Assembly (NCBI GenBank): GCA_045536965.1 | Contig: JAZSON010000019.1 | Location: forward strand, 7,393 to 71,392 | Source: Eubacteriales bacterium | Lineage (GTDB): Bacteria > Bacillota > Clostridia > Oscillospirales > SIG627 | Reading direction: 5' to 3' | Length of the DNA stretch: 64,000 nt | Shown here: piece after piece, positions 18,332 to 28,335 of the stretch | Layout: every line of letters starts with the position of its first letter | How positions within the stretch are numbered: the first letter of the stretch is position 1 | The notes under the pieces: model-generated | What the model was told of the DNA's origin: nothing | Database searches by the model: none | What the model saw: only the letters and a program-made list of their open reading frames with translations | Program-made: the position numbers and the translations under genes

Positions 18332-19714
18332 ATGAAAAAAAGACTTTTCGTTTGCCTGCTCTGCATTCTTTTTCTATGCAGTTGCGCCGATACTCCTTTT
18401 GAGGAATCCATTCGGCAACCGCTTTCCTCAGATACAAACGGTACCGAGCGTTCCTACAATCATTTGATCTTCTTTGCCGATGCGCTGGAATTTCCGAGCG
18501 CATCGGGTTTTCGCGTTCTCCGCACCGAAGCCGACATCGAAAACCACCATGAATCCCTTTGTTTTCCCGTACATACCACTACCCGCCTTACCGCCCTCAT
18601 CAGCGATACCCTGCGGGCACGGTTGGACACCTTGATCCCCGAGGACGCCGATCTCGTAAAACTGGATTTTGACTACTTTTCCGAAGATTCCCGTTATGAT
18701 TTTTCTTTTGTATTGGATATTTACAAACAGGGAAAACATGCCGACAGCAGTTATTTTGCCCTCTACGTGGACGTGGAAAACAAACGTTTTCTTTCTTTCG
18801 GCGAATTGCTCGACAGCCCGAATTATATGCCCTATCTGCAAGCATACATCCAAGATTACCTGCAAACAGAGTACAAAATTGAAGAAAAGGCCGCGAAACA
18901 GTATGCAAACACATTGCAGGAACCCAATGATTTCCGCTTAATCGATGATGGAGCAGGCGGCATGGAAGTCTATCTCGATGCTACCTCACTCGGACTTGAA
19001 AAGCGCACGCTCATCGAAGTGCCCGAATCGAGGCTATACAGTTTCGGTACAGCCGATGCCACTTATGATCCCGTTGTCGGCAAAGAGCGCGCTGTTGCCC
19101 TTACGTTTGACGGCGGTTTATCCGACACCACCTTGAAACTGCTCGATATTTTGCAAAACGCTGATGCGCACGGCACCTTTTTCCTGCTGGGAAAAAGCTT
19201 GGAAAACGCCGATTCCACCATCGCCACCCGCACCCTCAACACCATTTTATCCACAGGCAGTGAAATCGGAAATCTATCCTACACGGGGGAAAACTTTTTG
19301 CATTTATCCTCCGAAGAAGTCGTGCAATCTATTTACAAAACACAAGAATGGGTGTATAATCTATGTGGTTTATACCCTCGTGTTGTCCGTCCGCCCACAG
19401 GGGGGATTCAGGATAACCTCATCAAAAAACTTCCTTTCTTTGTCATCCACTGGTCGGTCAATTTGCAGCATGATAAGACCCTTGGTCTTACAGCAACCGA
19501 CGGTATGACCCCGCAGGAAATTGCCGATCAATTTATGAAGCGTATTCAAAGCGGTTCTATTGTGGTCATCCATGAAAATCTGCCCGACGAAGTGGAAGCC
19601 GTGCCGTTCCTGGTGGAAAAACTGCGCGAAAAAGGATACCGACTGGTTACAGTCAGCGAACTTTTGTCCTTGGCGGAAAGCGAACCCGGGCAAAAGATAT
19701 ATAAAAAACGGTGA
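18332..19714 (+). CDS. Lipoprotein with C-terminal CE4/NodB polysaccharide deacetylase-like domain (degenerate active site)
   Basis: Lipobox-like FLCSC. ALTFDGG, GTFFLLG, GNLSYTG, RPPTG, GSIVVIHE and GYRLVTVSELL motifs. Confidence 0.8.
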   Translation: MKKRLFVCLLCILFLCSCADTPFEESIRQPLSSDTNGTERSYNHLIFFADALEFPSASGFRVLRTEADIENHHESLCFPVHTTTRLTALISDTLRARLDTLIPEDADLVKLDFDYFSEDSRYDFSFVLDIYKQGKHADSSYFALYVDVENKRFLSFGELLDSPNYMPYLQAYIQDYLQTEYKIEEKAAKQYANTLQEPNDFRLIDDGAGGMEVYLDATSLGLEKRTLIEVPESRLYSFGTADATYDPVVGKERAVALTFDGGLSDTTLKLLDILQNADAHGTFFLLGKSLENADSTIATRTLNTILSTGSEIGNLSYTGENFLHLSSEEVVQSIYKTQEWVYNLCGLYPRVVRPPTGGIQDNLIKKLPFFVIHWSVNLQHDKTLGLTATDGMTPQEIADQFMKRIQSGSIVVIHENLPDEVEAVPFLVEKLREKGYRLVTVSELLSLAESEPGQKIYKKR

Positions 19715-19718
19715 TAGT

Positions 19719-20372
19719 ATGAAAACAACACTTTTTTCAAAAAAGTTTTTTTCTCTCAAAAGGATCATTTCTTTCATTTTTTGCCTTGCTTTGATCATCA
19801 TTGTCTTGGCGGTTGTTTTCGGAAACGACAACGAGACAACGTCATCCCCCTCTTCCAAAATCGATCTTTATCCCGTCATCAAAGACGACGATGTTTTTAC
19901 AGATCCACTCTACTGCCGTCTCCGTTACGAAGAATATGGCTATATCACCTACGAGGGAGAAACCCTTTTTAAGGAAGACGAAACAGGGGATTACACTCTG
20001 CAAGATGTTTTTTGCCGTTTTTTCAAGGAGTATTTCGATTCCATTGTCGCGGGTGATGTAAAAGCCTATAAAACTTTCTTTGTATCGCCTCCCAAAAAAG
20101 GTGATTTCACCACCCAAAAACTATTAAACATTGAAATCAATCAGTCCAGCCAAGGTGAAACCGAAATCGGCGGAAAAACACAAGCCACCCGCAATTTCAT
20201 CGTCACCTACAATATCTATCAAAACAACGGAACCTTTCGAAACGATCTTTCTCAAAGTCGATACGATGCGGGTGGGAATTTCCGCCCCATTGCCATTGAA
20301 GAAATCTATACCATCACACATATAGACGGTGCTTGGAAGATCGTCCAGATTGCACGTTCAAAAAATTTCTAA
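19719..20372 (+). CDS. Hypothetical membrane-anchored protein (possible NTF2-like extracellular domain)
   Basis: Single N-terminal TM, YFDSIVAGD and C-terminal DGAWKI. Starts 4 nt after the preceding stop. Confidence 0.6.
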   Translation: MKTTLFSKKFFSLKRIISFIFCLALIIIVLAVVFGNDNETTSSPSSKIDLYPVIKDDDVFTDPLYCRLRYEEYGYITYEGETLFKEDETGDYTLQDVFCRFFKEYFDSIVAGDVKAYKTFFVSPPKKGDFTTQKLLNIEINQSSQGETEIGGKTQATRNFIVTYNIYQNNGTFRNDLSQSRYDAGGNFRPIAIEEIYTITHIDGAWKIVQIARSKNF

Positions 20373-20388
20373 TAAAGGAATCCGATCA

Positions 20389-21615
20389 ATGAAGTATTTG
20401 GTTGTTCTATGTGACGGCATGGCCGACGAACCATTTGCCGCTCTTAATCATCGCACGCCCATGGAATGCGCCCATAAGCCCTGCATGGATAGTTTGTCCA
20501 AACTGTCTTGTTGCGGCACCATGGTCACCGTTCCTCCCACCCTCGCGCCCGAAAGCTCCACCGCCAATTTAGCTGTCATGGGATACGATCCCCTGATCTA
20601 TGCCAAGGGACGTTCCCCCCTCGAAGCCATGAGCATGGGACTTTCCATGTCGGAAACCGATGTAGCTTTCCGTTGTAATCTCGTCACCCTTTCGGACGAG
20701 GGAGAATACGAAGACAAAATCATGATCGACCATAGCGCAGGAGAGATTTCCACCGCCGAAGCCGATCAGTTGATCGCCGCATTAAACGATGGCTTATCAA
20801 CCGATTTTAGACATTTTTATACCGGCATCAGCTACCGCCACTGTCTCATGTGGGACAATCCTCCCGCTGAAAACGAAGGGATTTATGATTTTTCCCGTCC
20901 GCACGATCATTTGGGCAAGCCCATTCGCGATCTTCTGCCAAGCGGTGAGATTGGGATTGTTTACAGAGAACTTTATCGCCGTTCATACGATATTTTAAAA
21001 GATCATCCCGTCAACGTTGCTCGCCGCAATGCAGGCAAGCGTCCCGCCAACTCCCTTTGGCTTTGGAGTCCGGGTAAAAAGCCTGCACTTCCCTTGTTTT
21101 CGGATCTTTTCGGTTTGCGCGGCGCTGTCATATCGGCCGTTGACCTCATCAAGGGCATCGGTATATGCGCCGGCATGAAATCCATTGATGTGGAAGGCGC
21201 AACGGGTACCTATGAAACCAACTATGAAGGCAAAATGAAGGCCGCCGTTTCGGCCTTTGAAGAGGGCATTTCATTTGTTTATATTCACCTTGAAGGACCG
21301 GATGAATGCGGTCATCAAGGGGATGCCGTTCACAAGGTGGAAGCCATCGAACGCATCGATCGAGAGATTTTGTCTCCCCTCAAAGAATATTTGGATCAAA
21401 CAGGCGATGCCTACCGCATTCTGGTGTGTCCCGACCATCCCACCCCCCTCTCCATCCGCACCCACAACCGCAACGCGGTGCCTTTTCTCATCTACGACAA
21501 TCAAAACATTCTCCCCTCTCCCCTCGACCGCTTCACCGAAGCGGAAGCCGAAAAAACGGGTCTACATATTCCCCGCGCTTACACCTTGATGAAAGACCGA
21601 TTTTTGAAAGTGTAA
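20389..21615 (+). CDS. apgM: Cofactor-independent phosphoglycerate mutase (ApgM family)
   Basis: CDGMAD, TPME.A.KP.MD, GRSPLEA, DHSAGEI, SAVDLIKGIG, DECGH and PDHPTP motifs. Confidence 0.88.
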   Translation: MKYLVVLCDGMADEPFAALNHRTPMECAHKPCMDSLSKLSCCGTMVTVPPTLAPESSTANLAVMGYDPLIYAKGRSPLEAMSMGLSMSETDVAFRCNLVTLSDEGEYEDKIMIDHSAGEISTAEADQLIAALNDGLSTDFRHFYTGISYRHCLMWDNPPAENEGIYDFSRPHDHLGKPIRDLLPSGEIGIVYRELYRRSYDILKDHPVNVARRNAGKRPANSLWLWSPGKKPALPLFSDLFGLRGAVISAVDLIKGIGICAGMKSIDVEGATGTYETNYEGKMKAAVSAFEEGISFVYIHLEGPDECGHQGDAVHKVEAIERIDREILSPLKEYLDQTGDAYRILVCPDHPTPLSIRTHNRNAVPFLIYDNQNILPSPLDRFTEAEAEKTGLHIPRAYTLMKDRFLKV

Positions 21616-21688
21616 TTCGGCATCCTCGGCCCTGTACCGTAAAATACATACGATGCATACAAAGAAATCAACAGAAAGGATGATCAAT

Positions 21689-22519
21689 ATGTCCGCAACC
21701 ACCTTCAAACAAGATTATGAAAAGCGGCTTGAACTATTCAAAAACAACCGTGTCGTCAACTGGCACGAGCACGTTTGGATGAACGCCGACAAAACGCTCA
21801 ATCTCACAACCCTCGAAAACTTAAGAGAGAGCGCTGAAAAAACATATACCGACGCTGTTGTTTGTTCTCTGCCCGAAACCAATCCCAACAAACCCTGCAC
21901 CCCTGACGATTTTCGCCATGTCAACAAAATGCAATACGAAGCCTGCCAAAAGTGGGATAAGCTTTACGGTCTTGCTTTTGTAAACGTTGGCTACACCAAA
22001 GAAGCCATCGAAGAAATCGAAAAATGTGTTTATGACTACGGTTTCATCGGCATTAAACTTTACCATCATTATTTCATCGATGATCCGCAACAGTTTGCTG
22101 TCATCGAAAAATGTATTGATCTGGATATTCCGATTTTGGTTCACGCCGGCCGTTCTCCCCAATTGAGTCACAGCCAGCCGAAGCTCTCAGGTAGCCAGCA
22201 CTTTGCCAACATCGCCCGCCTTTACCCCGAAGCCAACATCATTATGGGTCACATCGGTGGCGGCGGCGACTGGCAGTGGCAGATCAAGGGTATCGCCGAC
22301 TGTCCCTCCATTGTTTGCGACATGAGCGGAAGTGTGGTTGACGCTCCCATCATCGAAGAAGCGGTTGCTACACTGGGTGCCGACCGTATTCTGTTTGCTA
22401 CCGACGGTTCTTATGAAGCCGGTGTCGGCAAAATGCTCGGCGCAAACATTTCCGAAGAAGACAAGAAAACCATTCTTTCGGGCAAAGCGTATGAAAGATT
22501 CTTGAAGAGGAGGGCATAA
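21689..22519 (+). CDS. Amidohydrolase_2 family metal-dependent hydrolase
   Basis: WHEH, GIKL, LVHAG, MGHIGGG and LFATDG motifs. Confidence 0.85.
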   Translation: MSATTFKQDYEKRLELFKNNRVVNWHEHVWMNADKTLNLTTLENLRESAEKTYTDAVVCSLPETNPNKPCTPDDFRHVNKMQYEACQKWDKLYGLAFVNVGYTKEAIEEIEKCVYDYGFIGIKLYHHYFIDDPQQFAVIEKCIDLDIPILVHAGRSPQLSHSQPKLSGSQHFANIARLYPEANIIMGHIGGGGDWQWQIKGIADCPSIVCDMSGSVVDAPIIEEAVATLGADRILFATDGSYEAGVGKMLGANISEEDKKTILSGKAYERFLKRRA

Positions 22520-22521
22520 CC

Positions 22522-23298
22522 ATGATGTTGAATGTATCTACTTATATGGGCCATTGGCCTTTCAGACCCCTGACCACCGAAACACTTGACGGTGTTGCCG
22601 CTTTGGCAGCAAAAGAGGGTTCGACCCACATCATCACCGCCAACCTTAACGGTTTGTTCTATATGGATTGCCAAAAGGCGAACACCGAGCTGTACGCCCA
22701 ACTCCAATCCTACAAGGGGGATGTCAAGGTTCTCCCCTTTGCCATGATCAATCCGACCTACATCGGCTGGGAAAAGGATCTGGCCACTTGCTTGGACACT
22801 TATGGATTTAAGGGCGTGGAAATTGCACCCGCCTACCATGGTTATGAATGGAATAATCCCGCACTTCTTTCCTTCTACAAAATGTGCGGCGAACAAAACA
22901 TTCCCGTCCGCATCTCCAACTCCTTTGAAAACCATCGCCAAAGAGTTCACCTTGATGTACAGGGCGAACTTGCTTCCGAAATGCCCAAGGTTTTAAAGGC
23001 CGATAAGAGAACCACCGCCATCATTCTCCAAACCTTCCCTGTAAGCATTAAGAATTTGGCTGTTGACTTTGCAGAACACAAAAACCTTTACATCGACATC
23101 AGCCGCATCATGGCTATGACCAAAGGCAGCTTTTTAAAACAGCTTTGCAATTATCCAATCGACCGTTTCTGCTACGGTTCTCTCCTTCCCTTCCAGTACG
23201 GCGACGTCGGTTTGACTCGTTTGTACTATGCACCTTTGACAGATGCAGAAAAAGAAGGCATTATGTTTGGCAAACTTGCAAAAAAATTAGGTCTTTGA
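22522..23298 (+). CDS. Amidohydrolase-fold protein lacking canonical metal ligands
   Basis: GHWPFR, PFAMINP, GFKGV...P.YHGY and YGS..P. Starts 2 nt after the first amidohydrolase. Confidence 0.7.
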   Translation: MMLNVSTYMGHWPFRPLTTETLDGVAALAAKEGSTHIITANLNGLFYMDCQKANTELYAQLQSYKGDVKVLPFAMINPTYIGWEKDLATCLDTYGFKGVEIAPAYHGYEWNNPALLSFYKMCGEQNIPVRISNSFENHRQRVHLDVQGELASEMPKVLKADKRTTAIILQTFPVSIKNLAVDFAEHKNLYIDISRIMAMTKGSFLKQLCNYPIDRFCYGSLLPFQYGDVGLTRLYYAPLTDAEKEGIMFGKLAKKLGL

Positions 23299-23367
23299 TT
23301 TTTCTGCCTCGATCTGTATTTTTACAAAATATACATTACAAAAATCAAATGCCCCCATCAAAACAAT

Positions 23368-23396
23368 ACAGGACTGTGTTCAAAACACAGTCCTGT
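23368..23396. terminator. Hairpin terminator between convergent operons
   Basis: ACAGGACTGTGTT-caa-AACACAGTCCTGT, a perfect 13-bp stem. Confidence 0.75.
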
Positions 23397-23401
23397 GATT
23401 T

Positions 23402-24163
23402 TTATAGGGGTTTTGATTTGATTTTGGCATAGGCGCGAGGGTATTGCGGGGGTGTACTCTTTATTTTTTCGATCACAACGATATAGCGATCGATGGCGAA
23501 AAAGGATGAAAGTTCCTCCTGTGCAACACCGTCATCGGCAGGCGAAAACGTCTGCTTGACAGGCATGATCTCCTTAACTCTGCCGCCAAGAAGCGCAATG
23601 CCCTTTTGCGCTGCCGCCACCTCCTCCTCGGCTTTCGGCCCTTTCATTGCCAGAAAGACACCGCCGACACGAACGAAGGGTAGGCAAAGTTCATCGAGAA
23701 TATCCAGCGATGCCACCGCTCTTGCGGTCACAACATCAAATTTTTCCCGCATAGGCTCACCAAGCGCAGACAACACCTCAGCGCGATCGGCTATCGTTTT
23801 GACACCCGAAAGCCCCATTTTCTCAGCACACGACGCTACAAAACGCAGTTTTTTCTCGGTGGAATCCACCATGCTGATCTTTAAATGCGGAAGGGCAATC
23901 TTCAAAGCAAGACCGGGAAAGCCGCCGCCACAGCCGATATCGGCAACGCTTTTGGCATTTTGAAGGGCAGGCAGAGCGCAAAGAGAAAGAGAGTCGGCGA
24001 AATGACGCAATACCACGCCATCTTCACTTTTAACTGCCGTAACATTTAAATGTCCCGCAGTATCGGTCAGACAGTCAAGCAAAAGGGAAAACGACTCAAT
24101 TTGCTTTTCATCAAGCGGTATCGGGCTGGCATCCCGCAACCACTGTTTATGCAATGGCTTCAT
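23402..24163 (-). CDS. rsmG: 16S rRNA m7G527 methyltransferase
   Basis: HFADSL, DIGCGGGFPG, TARAVA, LAMKG and TP..YPR motifs. Follows mnmG. Confidence 0.95.
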   Translation of the reverse strand: MKPLHKQWLRDASPIPLDEKQIESFSLLLDCLTDTAGHLNVTAVKSEDGVVLRHFADSLSLCALPALQNAKSVADIGCGGGFPGLALKIALPHLKISMVDSTEKKLRFVASCAEKMGLSGVKTIADRAEVLSALGEPMREKFDVVTARAVASLDILDELCLPFVRVGGVFLAMKGPKAEEEVAAAQKGIALLGGRVKEIMPVKQTFSPADDGVAQEELSSFFAIDRYIVVIEKIKSTPPQYPRAYAKIKSKPL

Positions 24164-24172
24164 TTTGTCTCC

Positions 24173-26062
24173 TCATCGGTTTAGGTATAGCATCAAAACG
24201 GTAATATCAGCAGGTGAAACACCCGAAATACGGGAGGCTTGTCCCAAACTCTCGGGACGGATTTGATCGAGTTTTGCTGCCGCTTCCAACCGAAGCCCCT
24301 TGATCTCCTTGTAAGGAATATCTTTGGGAATGGCTCTGTTTTCCATTTTTGCAAAAGCCTCGATCTCTCGCATTTGACGCTTGATATATCCCGCATACTT
24401 AATTTCAATCTCGGCACGATGAAGTGTATCTTCGGTATAAACACCGTAATCGGGACGGTGAATATCCACCGCAGAAAGTTCTTTATAACCCAATGCAGGT
24501 CTGCGAAGAAGATCACCCAAACGAATACCCGTTACAACAGGAGGATTGCCGCTCTTTTCCAAAATGACATTCAATTCATCGCTCGGCGAAAGATGGGTGT
24601 TTTCCGCCCGCTCTACCTCTTGGTCAATACAGGCAAACAACCTTTGTTTATCCTCATAATGCTCCTTTGAAACAAGGCCGATCCGCAAGCCGATGTCGAT
24701 CAATCGACGGTCGGCATTGTCCTGACGAAGAACCAAACGATATTCACAACGGGAAGTCATCATACGGTAAGGCTCATTGGTTCCCTTGGTGACCAAATCA
24801 TCGATCAATGTACCAATATAAGAGGATGCACGGGTTAAAATCATGCTTTCTTCCCCGCGGATTGCAAGGGCTGCATTGATACCTGCGACGATTCCTTGCG
24901 CCGCCGCTTCCTCATAACCCGAAGTGCCGTTAAACTGTCCTGCGCCGTAAAGTCCCGGAAACTCCTTCATTTCCATGGTGGGACGAAGCTGCAAAGGATC
25001 AATACAATCATATTCTATGGCATAAGCAGGACGAATAAACACAGCATCCTCCAAGCCTACAATAGAGTGAACAATGTCACGCTGTACATCTTCAGGCAAC
25101 GAGGAACTAAGCCCCTGCACATAGATCTCCACCGTATCCTCTCCCATTGGCTCTAAAAACAACTGATGGCGTTCTTTATCGGGAAAACGGACAATCTTAT
25201 CTTCGATACTGGGGCAGTAACGCGGTCCTGTCCCCTTTATCTCACCCGAAAACAGCGGAGAACGATGCAAATTGGCACGAATGATGTCATGTGTTTTTTG
25301 ATTGGTATAAGTGATATGACACTTTTTTTGCTCCATTGCACGGAAAGCATCTCGATCGGTTCGGGAGGAAAAACACACGGGAGGCACATCCCCCTCTTGG
25401 GATTCGGTGCGATCAAAATGAATACTGTCGCGGTGCAAACGCGGGGGAGTTCCTGTTTTAAATCGGAATATACGCAAGCCAAGTTTTTTCAATGCATCGG
25501 TTAACCCGACGGCAGGTAAACTATTGTCGGGGCCCGCAGGATGGAAAGATTCGCCCACAATGACCCGCGAGTCGAGATAGGTGCCCGTGGCAATAATCAC
25601 CGCGCGGCAGTAATATACGCCCCCCAAACGGGTAGCAACCGCCCAACGGTCATTCTCACGCCAAACATCCACTGCCTCGCCTTGAATCAGCGAAAGACAC
25701 GGGGTGTTCTCCAACACTTTTTTCATATATGTACGATAACGCATACGATCAGACTGCATCCGCAAGGAATGGACGGCAGGACCTTTGGAGGCATTCAGCA
25801 TGCGGCTTTGCAGACACACATAATCGGCCGCTTTGCCCATTTCACCGCCAAGCGCATCGATCTCATATACAAGTTGTCCTTTGCCCGTTCCGCCGATAGC
25901 GGGATTGCAGGGCATATTACCAACCGCATCGGGCTGGAGAGTTAAAAGCACGGTGCTGCATCCCATACGCGCGGCAGCAAGCGCCGCTTCAATACCGGCA
26001 TGTCCGCCGCCAATGACCAAAACGTCAGGAGTACCAACCGTAAAACGAGATACTGTTTTCAT
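24173..26062 (-). CDS. mnmG: tRNA uridine 5-carboxymethylaminomethyl modification enzyme MnmG/GidA
   Basis: GGGHAGIEAA, MPCNPAIGG, FKTGTPPR, GPRYCPSIEDK and GTSGYEEAAAQG motifs. Confidence 0.98.
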   Translation of the reverse strand: MKTVSRFTVGTPDVLVIGGGHAGIEAALAAARMGCSTVLLTLQPDAVGNMPCNPAIGGTGKGQLVYEIDALGGEMGKAADYVCLQSRMLNASKGPAVHSLRMQSDRMRYRTYMKKVLENTPCLSLIQGEAVDVWRENDRWAVATRLGGVYYCRAVIIATGTYLDSRVIVGESFHPAGPDNSLPAVGLTDALKKLGLRIFRFKTGTPPRLHRDSIHFDRTESQEGDVPPVCFSSRTDRDAFRAMEQKKCHITYTNQKTHDIIRANLHRSPLFSGEIKGTGPRYCPSIEDKIVRFPDKERHQLFLEPMGEDTVEIYVQGLSSSLPEDVQRDIVHSIVGLEDAVFIRPAYAIEYDCIDPLQLRPTMEMKEFPGLYGAGQFNGTSGYEEAAAQGIVAGINAALAIRGEESMILTRASSYIGTLIDDLVTKGTNEPYRMMTSRCEYRLVLRQDNADRRLIDIGLRIGLVSKEHYEDKQRLFACIDQEVERAENTHLSPSDELNVILEKSGNPPVVTGIRLGDLLRRPALGYKELSAVDIHRPDYGVYTEDTLHRAEIEIKYAGYIKRQMREIEAFAKMENRAIPKDIPYKEIKGLRLEAAAKLDQIRPESLGQASRISGVSPADITVLMLYLNR

Positions 26063-26074
26063 ATAAAATACCTT

Positions 26075-27457
26075 TTATTTTCCCACACAAAAACGGGAAA
26101 AAATATTATGTACAATCTCTTCACTAACCTGCCGACCATCGGTTTCCAAAAGAAAAGCAATCGCGCGTTCCAAAATCATGCCCGCAAGCTCATTTTGCCC
26201 CGAGGTGACAGTAACAATCATTTCCTCTAATAGCACTTTTGCTTGCTCCAAGCAACCACGCTGCCGCGCGCTGAAGAGTAAGCCGCCATCAGACAAGCAA
26301 ATATCAGACGAAAGATAGAGCGATTCGATTTTCTCTTTTAGTTTTTCTACACCCTCTCCCGTTTTTACCGAAAGCTGCAAAACAAAACCGAAAGAGCGGG
26401 TAAGCAGTTCTGCATCAAATGTTTGCAAAAGATCTGATTTTGTCAAAACGGGAATGACGGTAGCCTCGACTTTACTGAGCCGATCGATCCATTCACAATC
26501 CTCTTGGGTGCAGGGACGCGATCCATCAAAAAGCGCCAGAATCAACTGCGTTTCATGAGAAAATATCTTATCCTCTGCGCGTTCAATCCCGATTTTTTCC
26601 ACCACATCCTCACTATGGCGAAGACCTGCGGTATCTGTTAAATTTAAAAGGACACGACCCACTTTGACGGGAAATTCAAGCAGGTCACGCGTGGTTCCGG
26701 GAATTTTTGTGACAATAGCCTTTTCTTCTCCGATCAAACAGTTGAAAAGAGAGGATTTGCCGCTGTTTGGAGTGCCTGCGATTACGGTAGGTACACCCGC
26801 TGTCACCGCACGTCCCGCGCGGTAGGTATTGAGCATATCTTTGATAGAATCTATTTCTTTTTCTACGGCTTGGATGAGTGAATCGTCGTCTAAATCTCTC
26901 AAATCCTCATCGGGATAATCAATGTAGGCGTAAAGGGTGGCCGTTAAAGCAATTAAACGGTCGGCAACACCGCGAATACCATTTGCCAAAATGCCGTCTC
27001 GCTGCGCGGATAAAAGATAAACCGCCGCTTCGCTTTTGGCTTCAAGCAGTTCTGCCGTCGCCTCTGCTTCAGAAAGAGACATTTTCCCGTTGATAAAAGC
27101 GCGTCGGGAAAATTCTCCTGCAGTTGCATAGCGCGCGCCTGCAGAAACGATTCTTTTCAACACCAGAGAGGTAACGACCACGCCGCCGTGACAAGAAATC
27201 TCGGCCATCTCGTCCCCCGTAAAGGATTTTCCTTTTTCATACCGCACGGCAAGCCCGGTGTCGATACGATTTCCATTTTCGTCTACAATATCACCGTAAA
27301 TTGCATAACGATAAGGGTAGCCCGAAAGTTGTCCTTTCATGGGACGAAAGACCTTTTGAAGAATTTCTCCCGTATCTTCCCCTGAAATGCGCAAAACGGC
27401 GATACCGCCCGTGCCCGTCGGTGTGGATACCGCGGCAATGGTATCATCTAATTTCAT
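26075..27457 (-). CDS. mnmE: tRNA modification GTPase MnmE/TrmE
   Basis: DTIAAVSTP, SFTGD..E...HGG, PNSGKSS, GTTRD, DTAG and C-terminal FCVGK. Confidence 0.97.
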   Translation of the reverse strand: MKLDDTIAAVSTPTGTGGIAVLRISGEDTGEILQKVFRPMKGQLSGYPYRYAIYGDIVDENGNRIDTGLAVRYEKGKSFTGDEMAEISCHGGVVVTSLVLKRIVSAGARYATAGEFSRRAFINGKMSLSEAEATAELLEAKSEAAVYLLSAQRDGILANGIRGVADRLIALTATLYAYIDYPDEDLRDLDDDSLIQAVEKEIDSIKDMLNTYRAGRAVTAGVPTVIAGTPNSGKSSLFNCLIGEEKAIVTKIPGTTRDLLEFPVKVGRVLLNLTDTAGLRHSEDVVEKIGIERAEDKIFSHETQLILALFDGSRPCTQEDCEWIDRLSKVEATVIPVLTKSDLLQTFDAELLTRSFGFVLQLSVKTGEGVEKLKEKIESLYLSSDICLSDGGLLFSARQRGCLEQAKVLLEEMIVTVTSGQNELAGMILERAIAFLLETDGRQVSEEIVHNIFSRFCVGK

Positions 27458-27513
27458 GACTGTTTGCCTTTCATGAATAAGCGCGAAGAATCCCTTCTTC
27501 GCGCCCTAAATAC

Positions 27514-28317
27514 TCAATCGTTGAATGTGCTGGTTTCTTCCACGTCGGGAAGGATGTCGTCGATGCTCTTGGCCTTAACAATGACCTGCGCAGGACGCTC
27601 GGGAATAATGTACTTCTTTTCAAACACCGGCTTCTCGGTTTCTTGCTTTTTAGCCGTTGATTGGGAAGCAGAATCGTTTTTCGGTTGACGTTTCACTTGA
27701 TTTTCGGGGGAAACCACGATCTTACGGTTATCCTCACTGCCTACCGAGAAGGTGGTAACGCCTTCAATGTCCTGCACGGTTGCATGAATGATGCGGCGCT
27801 CATACGCACTCATAGGCTCAAGAGAAATGTTTCTTCCAATCTTTTTGGCGCGATTGGCAGTGCGGCGCGCTAAGTTTTGCAGAGTTATCTCGCGTTTTTC
27901 ACGGTAATTTTCAGCATCCAATGTGATGTGGAAATTTCCGTCGCAAACCTTGCCGACAGCCAAATTTGTCAAATACTGCAAAGCATCCAAAACTTCACCA
28001 TGGTGACCGATCAAAGTGCCGATCTCATCACCTGCGAGCACCAAACGAATATCTCTGCCACCGTCGGTTGCTGTAATGGTAATATCGGAAAGCCCCATAT
28101 CCGCAAAAACGGATTGCAAAAATTCCTTGGCCGCTTCCACAGGAGTCGGTGCAAAAGATACTTCAATCTTGGCATCGGTCGCGCCCATGCCTAAAAAGCC
28201 TTTTTTGGCTTGCTCTAAAACGACATATTCCAGAGAATCGATATCTCTTCCGAGCGTTTCTGCCGCTAAAGCAAGACATTCATCCACCGATTTTGCGGTA
28301 AAAATTTTCTTTTTCAA
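27514..28317 (-). CDS. jag: RNA-binding protein Jag/KhpB/EloR
   Basis: Jag_N (KKGFLG), KH (LIGHHGEVLDALQYL) and R3H (ERRIIH) domains. TTG start with GGAGG RBS. Confidence 0.93.
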   Translation of the reverse strand: MKKKIFTAKSVDECLALAAETLGRDIDSLEYVVLEQAKKGFLGMGATDAKIEVSFAPTPVEAAKEFLQSVFADMGLSDITITATDGGRDIRLVLAGDEIGTLIGHHGEVLDALQYLTNLAVGKVCDGNFHITLDAENYREKREITLQNLARRTANRAKKIGRNISLEPMSAYERRIIHATVQDIEGVTTFSVGSEDNRKIVVSPENQVKRQPKNDSASQSTAKKQETEKPVFEKKYIIPERPAQVIVKAKSIDDILPDVEETSTFND

Positions 28318-28335
28318 GATATTTCCTCCCATGCA

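Noticed and set aside
19247..19255. Perfect DnaA box TTATCCACA
   Set aside because: A single copy inside a CDS with no cluster, so it is not evidence of oriC.
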